A stretch of DNA of 64,000 bases from Hormiphora californensis (GCA_020137815.1 CM035361.1:620001-684000), one strand, 5' to 3'. Numbered from the stretch's first letter, positions 38,101-50,878 are shown. The notes: generated from the sequence alone by a model not told the origin. Translations and numbers: made by a program.

Positions 38101-38762
38101 AGAGGCCATTAGCAAAGAAGAGGATGACCCACTGAGAGAGAGGTGTGTATTAACCAGGAAATACTGGTCCCTGATTGGCTGATAACCAGTCACGTGACCT
38201 AAATAACGAGTTCTGATTGGTTGTTTACTTGTGTCGGTCGGTTCCTGGTGTAGGTATTCCTTGTGAATGTGAGGCGTATTGACTGTGTATTGACTGCGTA
38301 AACACTGTCGATTTAAGAATACGGAGGATGCGGGTAACTACCAAACATCTGTTGTTAATGTCTGACAATGTTCGTAAAATGCCGTGAGAATTCTTTCACT
38401 ATTAGGTACTACAAGGCCCTCCGGGAGATCACACTAAAGTTCATACAGCAAGGACACCCAAAGTTGAGTGATATAATTGTTTTTCGTATACAATGACACT
38501 ATACAATGACAATTTAATTCACATTGTGAAGTATCTTTTTACTAGATCTCCTTAGGATTGAAATGCGTGCTCAGCGTAATTGTAAGAACTGAGAAACCAC
38601 AATCTCGTTGAATCAAAAATACCATAATTTATTCTTTTTTTTGCAGAAAGCCGTTTACTGGGTAAAGGTGAACCAAAAAGAAAAGACAGTGGCTACAACA
38701 GAGCTGATACTGCACATGGTTTACACCAAATTCAGCAACTACTAAATCCAGTGGATATCTGA
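32170..38762 (+). CDS. Uncharacterised multi-exon gene with TPR-like helices; ends uncertain
   Basis: Phase-compatible exons ~33219-33271, 33320-33368 and 33598-33680 (WIQQSFLDFTIPTGDQ-AHCTDLCSLYERSEWS-GVHLVEYKYELAKKL...). Later exons include AVFDLAEILWLAGEKTRAVTNFELA...AHLRLAHAFLDNNDLDQ-AEYHLGIVIRL. Confidence 0.6.
33463..33571. mobile_element. 109-bp hAT-type MITE copy (reverse), TSD AAAGCATT
   Basis: Family match and perfect 8-bp TSD. Confidence 0.9.
36902..37010. mobile_element. 109-bp hAT-type MITE copy (reverse), TSD TTGTATTT
   Basis: Family match and perfect 8-bp TSD. Confidence 0.9.
37155..37263. mobile_element. 109-bp hAT-type MITE copy, TSD CTGATGAT
   Basis: Family match and perfect 8-bp TSD. 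Partial copies also at ~38175-38267 and ~39758-39830. Confidence 0.9.
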
Positions 38763-39278
38763 AACTAGAGCAGTCGCATATTGGATGCTGCAGTGTTGAA
38801 TTACTCGGAAAATACGAGGAGACTGCTCATTGAGTAGTGGTTAATGAGCAAGTTGTGTGCAGTAGAAACTTTTCCGTAATACGGACTTTCAAAATCATTT
38901 CTGGTGAATTGATGCAGTAAATTGTGAAAAGACTCACGGTTTATTTTGTTTGTTGAGTGTCTACAAGAAGTTGAACTTAAAGTGGGTTTGTTAATTTGAA
39001 AAATGAATCAATTTTTTAGTTTAAATCTTAAAACTAAATAATTCGTATCCATCTTCACGATAAACAATAGATTAAATTTATACAAAACATATATGTACAT
39101 ACTTCTCTGCAGTATCAGACAATTTTCTAAGGAAAAAAACAGTCAAGTGTCTTGAAAAATATAGGAACCCAAATAGTGTCTTGAAAATGTATGTTCTCAA
39201 TCTCATAATGAGAAGATATGCCATATGGGATCTGCCCAAACGTAGTATGTAATTTGTGTTGCTCACAAAAACAGTCTT

Positions 39279-42200
39279 CTAGAATGCGGTTTGTATAGTG
39301 GTATAGTTGGAAATATTCATTTTCCTGAAATAAAAAGTATTCAATGTTGATAGTCGATTCAACACGAGAGAGCTCAATCGATCCAGTATTGAACCGAGAG
39401 TAGAAAACAAACCTACTTGTTTCAATTTGTTTTGAAATAAAGGTATTATTTTATTTTCCTAGTATGAAAACGCGAAATATGTTGAATCATGTGGTCACTT
39501 TGTAAAGAGTAATGGAATAGCAGACATACGTGGGTGGTCAATTGAGCACATGGCAGCTTACCTTGAGACTGATCTCCTGACAAGAGAGTCCGTTGGTCGA
39601 GATTTCGGTACTGTTGGTGGAGCAAACATCTGAGGAAATACAATTTAGGAATATTCTTGCAGTGTGGCGAATTCCTAGGATTGACCCCGAAATATGCTCC
39701 GGCTATCCGCTATCATGATACCAAGGTTGATCACTATTCTCTTATTTAACTAACCCCCAGGAAATACTGGTCCCTGATTGGCTGATAACCAGTCACGTGA
39801 CCTAAATAACGAGTTCTGATTGGTTGTTTACCAAACTATTCTCTAACTTACCCCGTATTTAGGTCCGATCGGTTTCTTTCCCTTTACACCGTAACCATCG
39901 ACCGGGTGTGGCGGGTATTTGGTAAACGTCCCATCTTTACAGTTGCCGGGCTGGAGAGAAAATCATTTATTGTAGATAACAAAATGACAATTGCTTATAA
40001 AAACAATAAGAATGATCATCTGAGTTGAATTTCGTCAAAAATCAAATCCTACTTTTTTGGACGGTGAGGTAGGTTTAAAGGGGGTAGTGTTGAGTGGAGG
40101 TTTCTCCTTCCTGATCTTGGAGGGTGGCAAAGGTTTATCAGACTTGTACGGATTCGTCTCAAAGATGGGTCGTGGATGCATGTTGAGAAGGAATGGCCCT
40201 CCTACCATTCTCCTCCTCGCCTCCGTCCTATCTCTCTGCAGAGAGACATGGGTTTCACCTTTGTACGGTACGTTTGTCTCATATTCGACTGTCTCGGGTC
40301 TCCGCACCAGGCCGATGTCGTGAGGCCGTGTGCGCGATGTTACAGTCTCACATAGGACTGTCTCGGCACCGGGCCGTGTGCGATGATACAGTCAGTGATT
40401 GACAGCAGTACGTGGTATAATTTCGTTAACAAGCTAACTCGATCCTGTGACATCCACTAAATATTGTCAGTGTAATCAAAATGTAATTACAGCATACTAG
40501 AAACTAAACCAAATGCACATGGTTGAGTAATTAGTAGCAGCCCTGAAGAGATATGATATCATAATTTACTAAGTCATAAACTATGGTATTTATCGAATTA
40601 CAGTTATATATTCAGTTTATTTCTTGCCAGAATTTGTTGCACTACAGCCCTATAACAGCTCTAATTCCTCCTAAATCCATATTTGTATGTCGACGCGAAT
40701 GTAACCATTGTATGTCGACGCGAATGTTCGTTTTTAATTTTAATCTACCCCTACAGTTTTCAGTCACGATCATACCTCTGCAATTTCTGCCGCCCTATCC
40801 TTCTCACTCATACTTTTTGCGTATTCTCCAATAGTGACCCCAACATAGCCGTACCCAGATCCCTTTTTGGAGGGGTTGCAGATAAAGTTCTTGGGTGGTG
40901 ACTGGTGTGCGGCTTTATCTCTTCGTACAGCTGGAAATGGGGAATAGGGGATTGGAAAACTACGGAGAAGACACAAAAAACTACCATTGTTTAAACTTTA
41001 GAATGGGATAATATAGGAAAAGACAGAATGTTTTATTTGATAATTTTATTCTATAAATCGCCTAAAGATGCCATTATTTAACTAGTGTCACTTACACGAG
41101 AAATACTTGTAAGCTCCCTGTCCATTGAACCCGAAGGATCCATAATAACTCCCCGTCCCTGAGGCAAGCTTTGCAGAATTTGAAGGAAGGAACGGCTTTG
41201 GAACAACATTCTTTTTCTTCTTTTCAATTCTTTCTCTCCTTCGTGTTCTTACTGGATCAGAGTACGATTCTTTCTGTTGGGAATTAAACTTGGTTATAGC
41301 GCATTATATGGAGAATATTATAGTGCCAGGCTTTAAATCTAATTGATTTGGTGCCGGGCAATGCAAGAGAGATGCAGCATTTTCTAATCTATCCTTAACC
41401 GTTAGTAACGGTTTAGGAGAGATTGATTGATCATTCATTAATGATATCAGAGAAAGAATTGAATAGGGAAGAAGATCGAAAAATACTGGGTTGGGCCGGG
41501 ACCTTTTCGATTTTCTTCATTAATTCTTGCTCTGACCTCATTATTGATTAATGATAGTGATATAGTATATGTGTTCACATATATGTTGTCATGAGAAACA
41601 TATTCATCAGTTAATGAAATAACATGTGCTCAACATGGACATGGAATATGCAGTACTACTATGGAACATCATGGATGGCAATCAATACCACCCATGCGTT
41701 CCAGACTCCAGTTCCATGCCAACTAGTATATTTTAGAAAAACCATATACCCAGTTGACTAATATATCTGTGTAGTTGTACTACTGCATGTTGTACTACTG
41801 CATGTTCACCAGCTTTTTAGTAAGCTAATTGATCAACTAAATCGATAATCAAGTTATAGTATACTGATGATTCATGGTGTCAGACACACAGACCATTGGT
41901 GTCTTCTGATCGTGAGACATCATCAAACAAACCAAGAAACCACCGTTTTTTTTTGTTTGTATAACTCCTAGGTTGATAAATGTGATTCCTTATTTGATCG
42001 AAACTAAGTTATAAACTAATTACTAACTACTAACCTCAAATTAGTAACTACATTCCTAATTACTAACCTCAAATTAGTAACTAATTACTAACCTCAAATT
42101 AGTAACTAATTACTAACCTCAAATTAGTAACTAATTCCTGATTACAAACCTCAAATTAGTAACTAATTCCTAATTACAAACCTCGAAGACGCGTTTGAAC

Positions 42201-42506
42201 TCCGTAGTAAAGTACCCATCACCTCTGCCAGATCGAGACTTGGTAGTGTTTGTCAGCATTTGTTTTCCTTTACTGGCGGATTCGTTATACGCTCCTGAAT
42301 AATCGATGGATAGAATATGGAGTCTAGGATATCCTGGAGGTTTCAACTTATAAAACCTATCCAGTACATATCCACTACCCATATCTGTAATTATACTCAC
42401 GAGCGTTGGATGATGTGTATGGTTCTCCCACTGTGGTATAACCCATCTCCGAGAAGAGTCCATGTTTACCGACCCCCGCTGGAGGTCCCCCGCGACTCGT
42501 CACCAT
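39279..42506 (-). CDS. CFAP96: Cilia- and flagella-associated protein 96 (C4orf47/UPF0602 family), ~8 exons
   Basis: Exon translations GLFSEMGYTTVGEPY, AYNESASKGKQML...DGYF...RVFE, PFLPSN...GTGSYYG, KNFICNPSKKGSGYGY, PFLLNMHPR..FETNPY...PFKPTSPSKK, PGNCKDGTFTKYP and PKSRPTDS follow the C4orf47 family motifs in order. Confidence 0.88.
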
Positions 42507-44292
42507 CGTGGTTCAAGTTATAGCTGCTTCGGAATTAGTCGACTTGAATGCTACTAAAAATGGGAGACATCAATGCAATGACTGATTTGGTCGAGATCAG
42601 TCTGGTATGGTCTGAATTAAACATGACAAATGATGAATTCAACAACCCAAAAAGCTTCAATATCAAATCAAAAACACTATTGTTGAATGATCAAAGGTTG
42701 TCCGTCATCAACAAATGATGTCATCGCAAAGCACAAATATAGTTTAGGCAGCGCTCCATGACAACAATAACAAATAAAAACATTTCCATTTTCCATGGAA
42801 AAACAAAATGTTATACAATTATTGTAAAAGCTCTTGCAGAATCAACTAAGAAGAAATGTTACAAAAAATTGTAAAAGCTCTTGCAGAATCAACTAAACAA
42901 TTGTGCATATATTTTAAAACTCTGGACACTTGGTTTTTTAAAGTCTCAGCAGTGCTGCTTGATCAGTGCATGACAAAATAAACACAGATAGGACGTGATT
43001 AATGACTTGGACTAGCTGAGAGAAAGGACAGCATATATATTTTGATGACAGTGCAGCTGCTGTGCATATAGGATCATAGAGGGATGGAGAGATAGAGATG
43101 GAGAGAGATTGAGGGATGGAGAGATAGAGGTGGAGAGAGATAGAGATGGAGAGAGATTGATTGAGGAAGGGATGTAGAGAGATCGAGAGTAACACAGAGA
43201 TAGAGAGCAGCTCTGTGCTTGCTTGATGTACGAAGTGACCACGTGATAAAAATATAGTCGGTCAAGCATCAGAAAGATTCAAAGTAAGAAAGGTGAAAGA
43301 AAACACACAATGAGAGAATAAAAGAAAAACACACGGTGAGAGAATAAAAGAAAAACATACAGTGAGAGAACGAAAGAGAGGGAGACTAGAGAGACTAGAG
43401 ATAGACTGGATCAGAGAAGGAAAAGGGGACTGGGTGAGTGAGAAATGAATTTAGAGGAGAATGAGATAGTACATAGGAAAGGTTGTGAATAATGAATATA
43501 GTATTTGTGAAAGATAGATGAAAGATAGAGGAAAGATAGATGAACATGTAGAAAAAGACAGAGAAAAGAAAGAGAAAAGAACGTGGACCCCCACAAGTTG
43601 CAGCAGCAGCAGCTGTTGTACACTACAACTACACGCAATCTTGCAGAGCTCACAGCGTCATGTCTCTGACACAATGTATGCATGTGATGTGTTACAGAAC
43701 ACACGTCATGCAATTTGAAGCTACACAGTATAGCAAATTTAAATAGAAGTAAAGAAAAGTATAAAGAAGTGATTAGTGAAGAAAGAACTACTAGTGAAGA
43801 AAGTGATTAGTGAAGACAGCAGAGCAATATGGCAAGTACATCTTTCTGAAAAAAGTACGCTATGGTCGTTATCCAATTACTTGTTTGTGTAGTGTGTACT
43901 GCACTATAACTACACCTAAAACAGCAGTACATGAATTAGTATACTGGTCTTTTTTGGAAACAAATCTGATCTAAGCGTAGTGACGTTCTCAAAACTGAAA
44001 ACATGAAAAACAATATCTCAAAATACAAAGTAGTTGTGATGATAGACACATGCTAGCTCATAGCAATGCACTGACATGATACTAACGTGAGAGCTGTGTG
44101 TGCTGCTGGTTACCATGACAACAAATTTGCGGCCAGATTTATATGGGGTATCGAAATTCAATATGCGACTCGTGGTGTGAGATCCTGGGATAAATATAGC
44201 CCGAAAGTTAAGATGACATATTATAATAAGTGAAGAATAATCATAAGTGAAGAACAATCAAAGTTCAGACTTCAGGTTCAATGTCAATTTTC

Positions 44293-44876
44293 TGAACTGA
44301 ACTGAACTGAACTGAACTGAACTGAACTGAACTGAACTGAACTGAACTGAACTGAACTGAACTGAACTGAACTGAACTGAACTGAACTGAACTGAACTGA
44401 ACTGAACTGAACTGAACTGAACTGAACTGAACTGAACTGAACTGAACTGAACTGAATTCGGAATGAACTGAACTGAACTGAACTGAACTGAACTGAACTG
44501 AACTGAACTGAACTGAACTGAACTGAACTGAACTGAACTGAACTGAACTGAACTGAACTGAACTGAACTGAACTGAACTGAACTGAACTGAACTGAACTG
44601 AACTGAACTGAACTGAACTGAACTGAACTGAACTGAACTGAACTGAACTGAACTGAACTGAACTGAACTGAACTGAACTGAACTGAACTGAACTGAACTG
44701 AACTGAACTGAACTGAACTGAACTGAACTGAACTGAACTGAACTGAACTGAACTGAACTGAACTGAACTGAACTGAACTGAACTGAACTGAACTGAACTG
44801 AACTGAACTGAACTGAACTGAACTGAACTGAACTGAACTGAACTGAACTGAACTGAACTGAACTGAACTGAACTGA
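44293..44876. repeat. (GAACT)n pentanucleotide microsatellite, ~580 bp
   Basis: Directly visible; one interruption at ~44456. Confidence 0.98.
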
Positions 44877-45379
44877 GAATGAAATCCTACATCGTCGTTG
44901 GGGGAAATGTATCTGCCCGGTAAATCGGGGTCCGGACATCCGGTAAATCGGGGTCAAATACCGTTAATTTCCTTCCGGTAAATCGGGGTCCAGTAAATCG
45001 TTGTTGAGTAAGGGGGAAGAGTGTTCTTCCCCCTTACTCAACAAGTAAATCGTGGTCCTACTGTAATTATACTTTTTCCATTTATTCGGTCCCTATATTT
45101 GCGTGTTCTCAATTTCCTCTGAAAAACCTTCTTTTTTCCAAGAAGACCTTGCTGGAATTTCAGTCGACTATTTTATGGCCTGGATAATTAGCCAATTTCC
45201 GTTTTACAATTACCTATCTGTGTATCTTCCCGTTACGGCTTGGCGCCTGGTTCTAATTTAATATCAGTTTGGAGCAGTACAGCTGGAGCACTGTATTCCT
45301 TTTAGGTTATGCCAAGCTAACTGCAGTAGCACTGTTTTGTATCCTAGTGTTCTTACTTCAAACTATGTAGTTTGTTTAT

Positions 45380-45488
45380 CAGGAACTGACCGAATCAGGA
45401 AATACTGGTCCCTGATTGGCTGATAACCAGTCACGTGACCTAAATAACGAGCTCTGATTGGTTGTTTACTTGTTTCGGTCGGTTCCTG
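45380..45488. mobile_element. 109-bp hAT-type MITE copy (TSD not recognisable)
   Basis: Family match. Confidence 0.85.
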
Positions 45489-46454
45489 GTGATATTAGTC
45501 AAGAAACATCATAAATCGATGTCTATTATTCCGTCCCTGACAAATTCCCGGGCCGTATACCAGGAAATGACCAACATACGATATCATTAACTTTCATCAA
45601 CTACAACGTACTAAACTATTTATTGAGGATGCTTATTGTATTGGGGGAATGAGCAGCCATTAGAATTAAATTCTTCTGTGGTGGCAATGCCACAGCCCCA
45701 TAAGTCACTGTATTTTCCTGAATAATATCACCTCAATTTCACACTTCACGCCTCGACATGTTCTCCTGCCGATAATTGGTCAATGGCAATACGATCTCCA
45801 TGGCCTGCTATATAACCATGCACTGTAACCGCGAGACCGGGGTCCGTTGTCAGACACTGACTGTACATCGCTACACGAGGCCGCTACGCGGCCTCACGTA
45901 GCCGCACCGGGCCGAAGGCCCGGTGCGGAGAGGACGGTCTTATATGAGACAAGGGGTCCGACTGTTATATAGCAGGCCAGAGATCGTATTAATAAAATCG
46001 CACTTCATGTCAAATCTCGTATGTGATGGCCTTTGTACATCACGTTTCCTGGACTACATCCTCCTTTCTTCTGCAACACTTGCTCTTCTTCTTCGCATGA
46101 GAGATACCTGTTCTCGATTTTGTTTTTAATTTAGTTTCTTATTTAGCCTTCATATTTTATCTTTGCTTGTTTTCATGGCAACGCAGTAACCGGAAGCGTT
46201 TTTAATTTCGGTAATCTGTCGGCACTCGACTAATTTAAAATTATTGAATTTTAACAGCGAAAATGACTTCGTGGTTGAATATTTGACCACTGCAGCTGTC
46301 CATTACTGCAGTCTGGGAACAAACAGTCTCCTGTGAAAGTGGTTGGGTGCAGATTACACTCTTAGTCTGTTCAACTTAGAGCATTCTTTGTCATAAAACC
46401 ATGACTTACGTTTAGTTTTAATAGATAACAGTTATTGTATAACAGTAGAGCATA

Positions 46455-46495
<41 letters not shown>

Positions 46496-46673
46496 CATCC
46501 ATCTCTCTCTCTCTTTCATCACATGTCCCAATTGCAGACACATTAGTACTAAGGCCTACAATTAATTATATATATAAAACTATATAAGCGCAGCTCTTTA
46601 CTAAATTACTCTTCTAACTCTCGACATTGAGCTCTTTCTGTACCTCTCTCTTGATCCACTATGTATTGTCCAG

Positions 46674-48567
46674 TTGATCTATCCACAATAGCAGAGGAAG
46701 AGCAGCAAGTTTTGGGGAAGAAGATCATTGGGATGAACGAATGTTGGGTGTGTGGGGAGGGGCCTGGTAATACTGGACTCAGGAAGATATGTCAGTGTTC
46801 AGTCGAACATTCAGCTCACAAACACTGCCTCATAGACTGGGTTAACACTCTGTACAAGGGACGGTGCCCCAGGCAAGTTATACATGCTTTGATCATTGGT
46901 TTAATCATTGATTTACATCTTTTGATGTAGTTAATGTTCTGTCAGAGCATTGGCCTGACCCTATTCTCATAGAATAGAACTGTGGTCAGAGCATTGGCCT
47001 GGCAGTTAATGTTTGAGATTTGGTAACTCTTTAGACTCAGAAGTAAAGTAAAACATTTGTCGCTGAACACAACTAATTCTGACTTAGATTTCAACTAATT
47101 TCAATTAATTATTTCAATTAATTACAACTAATTATCAGGTGTGCGTTTTGTTACCGTCTCATGATAACCAAGACTCCTGTGTTCATGTGGAAGCTAGATC
47201 CTTTAGTGGGACGAAAAAGACTCTATCTCAGACTGATCACCCATGGGTTGTTTCTGGTAAGATAAGAATAGATTCCAGCTTGGGCACGTCGCGTTATACC
47301 CTGTACGTGGCGCTGCCAAGATTCCAACAGGAACCGACCGAATCAGGAAATACTGGTCCCTGATTGGCTGATAACCAGTCACGTCACCTAAATAACGAGT
47401 TCTGATTGGTTTTTTACTTGTGTTGGTCGGTTCTTGGATTCCTAGCTGTTTATCGGCAAAATATTTGAAAAATAAAAATCTTGAGATGTTGAGATGGTAT
47501 AGCTGCTAGGCATTATTCCCGGTAAATCGGGGTTCCGATATAATTTGGGATCCAGTAAATCGGGGTCCGATAATAATAAACTAATAGATTAATAAATTAG
47601 TATTATTAATTCAATAATTTGTCAAACGTCACAATATGTTTAGTCGCCTGACACTGTGACCGCAGTATGAACAGTTGAACAATCTGTCAGGTGATATGCG
47701 TGGTGGGTGGTCTTCTAGCTCCAGGACATTTCCACCAGGAAAACATCCAATATTTTCATACGAAGGTGGTGATGCTCACATGTCTCTTTGTGGCTTTCCT
47801 CATCTTCACTTGGATTCAGGTGTGTTCAGCTTGCTGCTGTACTAAAACACAAGGAAAGTTTCTATTTTGAATATTTACTTAGTTATCGAAGCTATTGGAT
47901 TGTTTTTCAAGTCACGTCCTGTACGTTTAAATCTTTTCAAGCCTGGAGATATCTAGGCTCTAATTTTAAAGAGAACTTAAGAAACTAGCTAATGAATTAA
48001 AACACAAGGAAAGTTTCTATTTTGAATATCAAGTTAGTCGTTAAGTTACCGGATCTCTAGCAACTCTGCTTTAGGTAATCTAACTCAAACTAATCTTTTC
48101 AAGCCTGGAGATATCTAGGCTCTTATTTTAAAGAGAATTCAAGATACTAGCTCATAATTTAAAACACAAGGAAAGTTTCTATTTTGAATATTTATTTAGT
48201 CGTTTAGTTAGTTGTTATCTAACAATCTTAATTTTTGGCAGCGTAATTGCCATTATCTTTGTAAGGAGCCTGGATATATCTAGGCTCTTATTAATATCTT
48301 AAAGAAAATGATATTCCAAACTTAGTTACGAACTAACCCTGATTTGCATACATAGCTTTCTCGGAGGGGTAATTTCGTTACCAAATTCCACACCCCATAT
48401 TTCAGGTACGGATGTATGTACGATTGTACGAGCGGTTAAAGATTTACAACTCCAATGTGTTTGATGTGTGTGATGTTGGGGAGAAAAGCAAGAAGGGGTG
48501 GACTGCCAGAGGTAATCTTTCCAGTTTGATGGTCGATGACGAGCTCAATACGCAGACTGTACAATGA
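46674..48567 (+). CDS. MARCH-type RING-CH membrane E3 ubiquitin ligase; exons 46674-46872, 47139-47256, 47691-47819, 48406-48567; start exon uncertain
   Basis: C4HC3 RINGv (CWVC...CQC....AHKHCLIDWV......CPRC) followed by two hydrophobic segments. The first intron must be GC-AG to keep the frame. Confidence 0.82.
47328..47436. mobile_element. 109-bp hAT-type MITE copy
   Basis: Family match; TSD GATTCCAA/GATTCCTA. Confidence 0.88.
47843..48300. repeat. Three diverged ~160-bp intronic tandem repeats
   Basis: AAAACACAAGGAAAGTTTCTATTTTGAATAT at ~47843, 47999 and 48161, each followed by GCCTGGA(G/T)ATATCTAGGCTCT. Confidence 0.9.
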
Positions 48568-48801
48568 GTTATATAAGACTCTATTGTGGGAAATATGGGA
48601 CTCGGTTGGAAGAGAAATGCAGAGTTATGATACTCAGAATAATGTATTAATATTGTCATACAATTTTTATAAAAGCCAGTTTTTAAGTAGTACATCATAA
48701 TTTGGATAATTTTGGATAATGTATAAAACTGGATTATATTTCAGTACCCTCACGTGTTACAGCTGTGAATATGAAATGGTTTGGAGTCGAAGGAACACAC
48801 A

Positions 48802-48860
48802 GTAGATTTGGGGGCGTTAAAGCACTTTCGATATTAAATCATCATCAGTAACATCCCTAC
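48802..48860 (-). ncRNA. Minimal type I hammerhead ribozyme of the Penelope-like element
   Basis: Minus strand reads GTAGGGATGTTA-CTGATGA-TGATTTAATATC-GAAA-GTGC-TT-TAACGCCCC. Conserved core, stem I (GGGATGTTA/TAACGCCCC, one mismatch and one wobble), short stem II, self-complementary AGUGCU stem III. Confidence 0.8.
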
Positions 48861-48971
48861 AACGATAAATGTTAGAAAACACACGATAAAACTAAAACGA
48901 CGCGAAAAAAATATATAGAAAAAATGAAACAGGCCAAAGATAAAAACTCGGGAGACGTCCCAGACCAAAAA

Positions 48972-49730
48972 TTAACGAACGACCGCGATACGATTAAGAC
49001 CCTGCAACCTAGTTCCATACGAGTCAATGTAACCCTCTTCCAATCTATCGAGATCGGTTGCGCGACCACTCTTCACAATACCAACTTTAAAATTGCTAAT
49101 GGTGAAATCGTCCTTATTAGCGCTACGGTGTTTTAGGAACATGTGGTACGCTAAAGCACTTTGCTCAAATTCGAGTCCGGTGGTTTTGAATTTCGAGCGG
49201 TGTCCGTTTATTCGGATATGGAAGGGTGAGTGGGTCTGTCCAAAATAACATTCCTCACAAATTGTACATTTAGCGACATAAATCACCCCCGCTGCTTTGC
49301 ATGTTAACCGCATGTCCAATCTGGTAGGAGAGCCGTTAACCGTCACTGATTTAGGATCCTCAAACATAAGTGGGCAAGTCTTACAGCCCTTGCCACCGCA
49401 CTTTTGGTTCGGAGGAGCTACTGACATTTGGTGCAGAGTGTCCTCACTTACGCTCATAGCCCTATTCCTAACTATTTCGCTACCAATAGTAGGGCCTTTT
49501 CTGAGTGCTATGATCACCCGGGTTTTAGTACCTGTCACCAGGTCGATACTGGTCTGACAGTCCCTCACCAAAGCCCGAAGTTCATCTACCTCTTCATAGT
49601 AGAGGGTGCTGAATATCAAAGTCTGACCCTCCTCCTTACCATGTTTGTCCATCCTTACCTCACCGGTCGCCCTCCGTTTCGCCCTCCGTGTTACAGCTGT
49701 TATACACTGTACATATCTTTTATCCCTCGT
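48972..49730 (-). mobile_element. 5'-truncated Penelope-like retroelement: linker plus GIY-YIG endonuclease, RT missing
   Basis: CGGKGCKTC...CKAAGVIYVAKCTICEECYFGQT...RINGHR...LAYHM...RLEEGYI...GLN is the PLE GIY-YIG signature. The ORF-track N-terminus runs through a (CAGA)n tract and is not genuine. Confidence 0.9.
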
Positions 49731-50012
49731 TTCACCACAGTTTCCACAGTTACCATAGTTACCACAGTCTGTCTGTCTGTCTGTCTGTCTTCGTGATTGA
49801 AGCAAATAGGGCCAAGAAATTGCCTGACAGGATTCACATGATGAGGTGGGGTGTGACAGATATAGGAACGATGAAGTCATAAAAAAGGGATGGTACAGAT
49901 GCTTTTTAACTCTTTGTTTCGTCTATCATATACATTACGTATGTTTAGTCTGTGAAATCCTTCAAAACATAATTGCCAACTCCAATCTCGAACACTCTCA
50001 ATTCGATACACC

Positions 50013-50690
50013 ATGATCTTGATCGGTCTCATCTTTGTGTCCTGTATCCTAGCCTCGCTGGCTGCTGCTGACGACTCATGCGGCGAGGGTTTCTGGGGGT
50101 GTGACAACAACCAGTGCATCCCTACAGACCTAAAGTGTGACGGATATGAGGATTGTGACGATCTCTCCGATGAAGCTGACTGCGGACCCGACAACATTGA
50201 GTCGTCCTGTGAGTGGACGTGTGCTGATGGTGGCTGTATCTCCAGATACTGGGTGTGTGATGGGGTATTTGATTGTGTGGACCAATCAGACGAAGATTCC
50301 TGCCAGCACCACCACCCTATCCCCCGATTCCCCGCTGACTTCAGGTGGAGTTCCACCGGACCCGTTAGCGGGTGGAGATGTACTCAAATCATTGAATCTG
50401 CCGAGCCCACCCACACTACCTGGACTGACAACTACTTCTGCCAGCACCCATATACTGTTGATATTGGGATGCAGTGGAGTTCTGCTGGACCCATCCAAGG
50501 AATGAAGTGCGTCCAGATCAGGGAGGGAGCCGACCCTCACACATGGGATGATAACTACCTGTGCTCTAACCGCTGGGCACCCAACATGAGGTGGTCATCC
50601 GCTGGACCGAGGGGAGACAGCTGTGTCCGGTGGCATGAAGCTGCTGATACACAGGGAACCTGGCTCGATAACTATCTGTGCGCGGCTTAA
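50013..50690 (+). CDS. Intronless secreted protein: signal peptide, two LDL-receptor class A modules, three Trp/Cys-rich repeats (WSS.GP..G..C..I.E.....TW.DNY.C)
   Basis: Hydrophobic N-terminus; CDNNQCIPTDLKCDGYEDCDDLSDEADC and CADGGCISRYWVCDGVFDCVDQSDEDSC; three ~40-aa repeats; clean ATG to TAA. Confidence 0.88.
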   Translation: MILIGLIFVSCILASLAAADDSCGEGFWGCDNNQCIPTDLKCDGYEDCDDLSDEADCGPDNIESSCEWTCADGGCISRYWVCDGVFDCVDQSDEDSCQHHHPIPRFPADFRWSSTGPVSGWRCTQIIESAEPTHTTWTDNYFCQHPYTVDIGMQWSSAGPIQGMKCVQIREGADPHTWDDNYLCSNRWAPNMRWSSAGPRGDSCVRWHEAADTQGTWLDNYLCAA

Positions 50691-50878
50691 GCTGGAGTTG
50701 AACATATAGATAAGCATTACTATTATTAGTATCTCTTTCCTGTAATAATCGTCTTTTATAAATTTACAATATCTTACACCATAGGCATAAACAGTCGCGG
50801 TAGTATGACATAGGACCATCAGAGGTCACTAAACCTCACAAAACGACTCCATACCAATGTGGCATTCGCAAAGGAGGG

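Noticed and set aside
44265-44957. 230-aa ORF of SSVQF repeats
   Set aside because: Translation of the (GAACT)n microsatellite.
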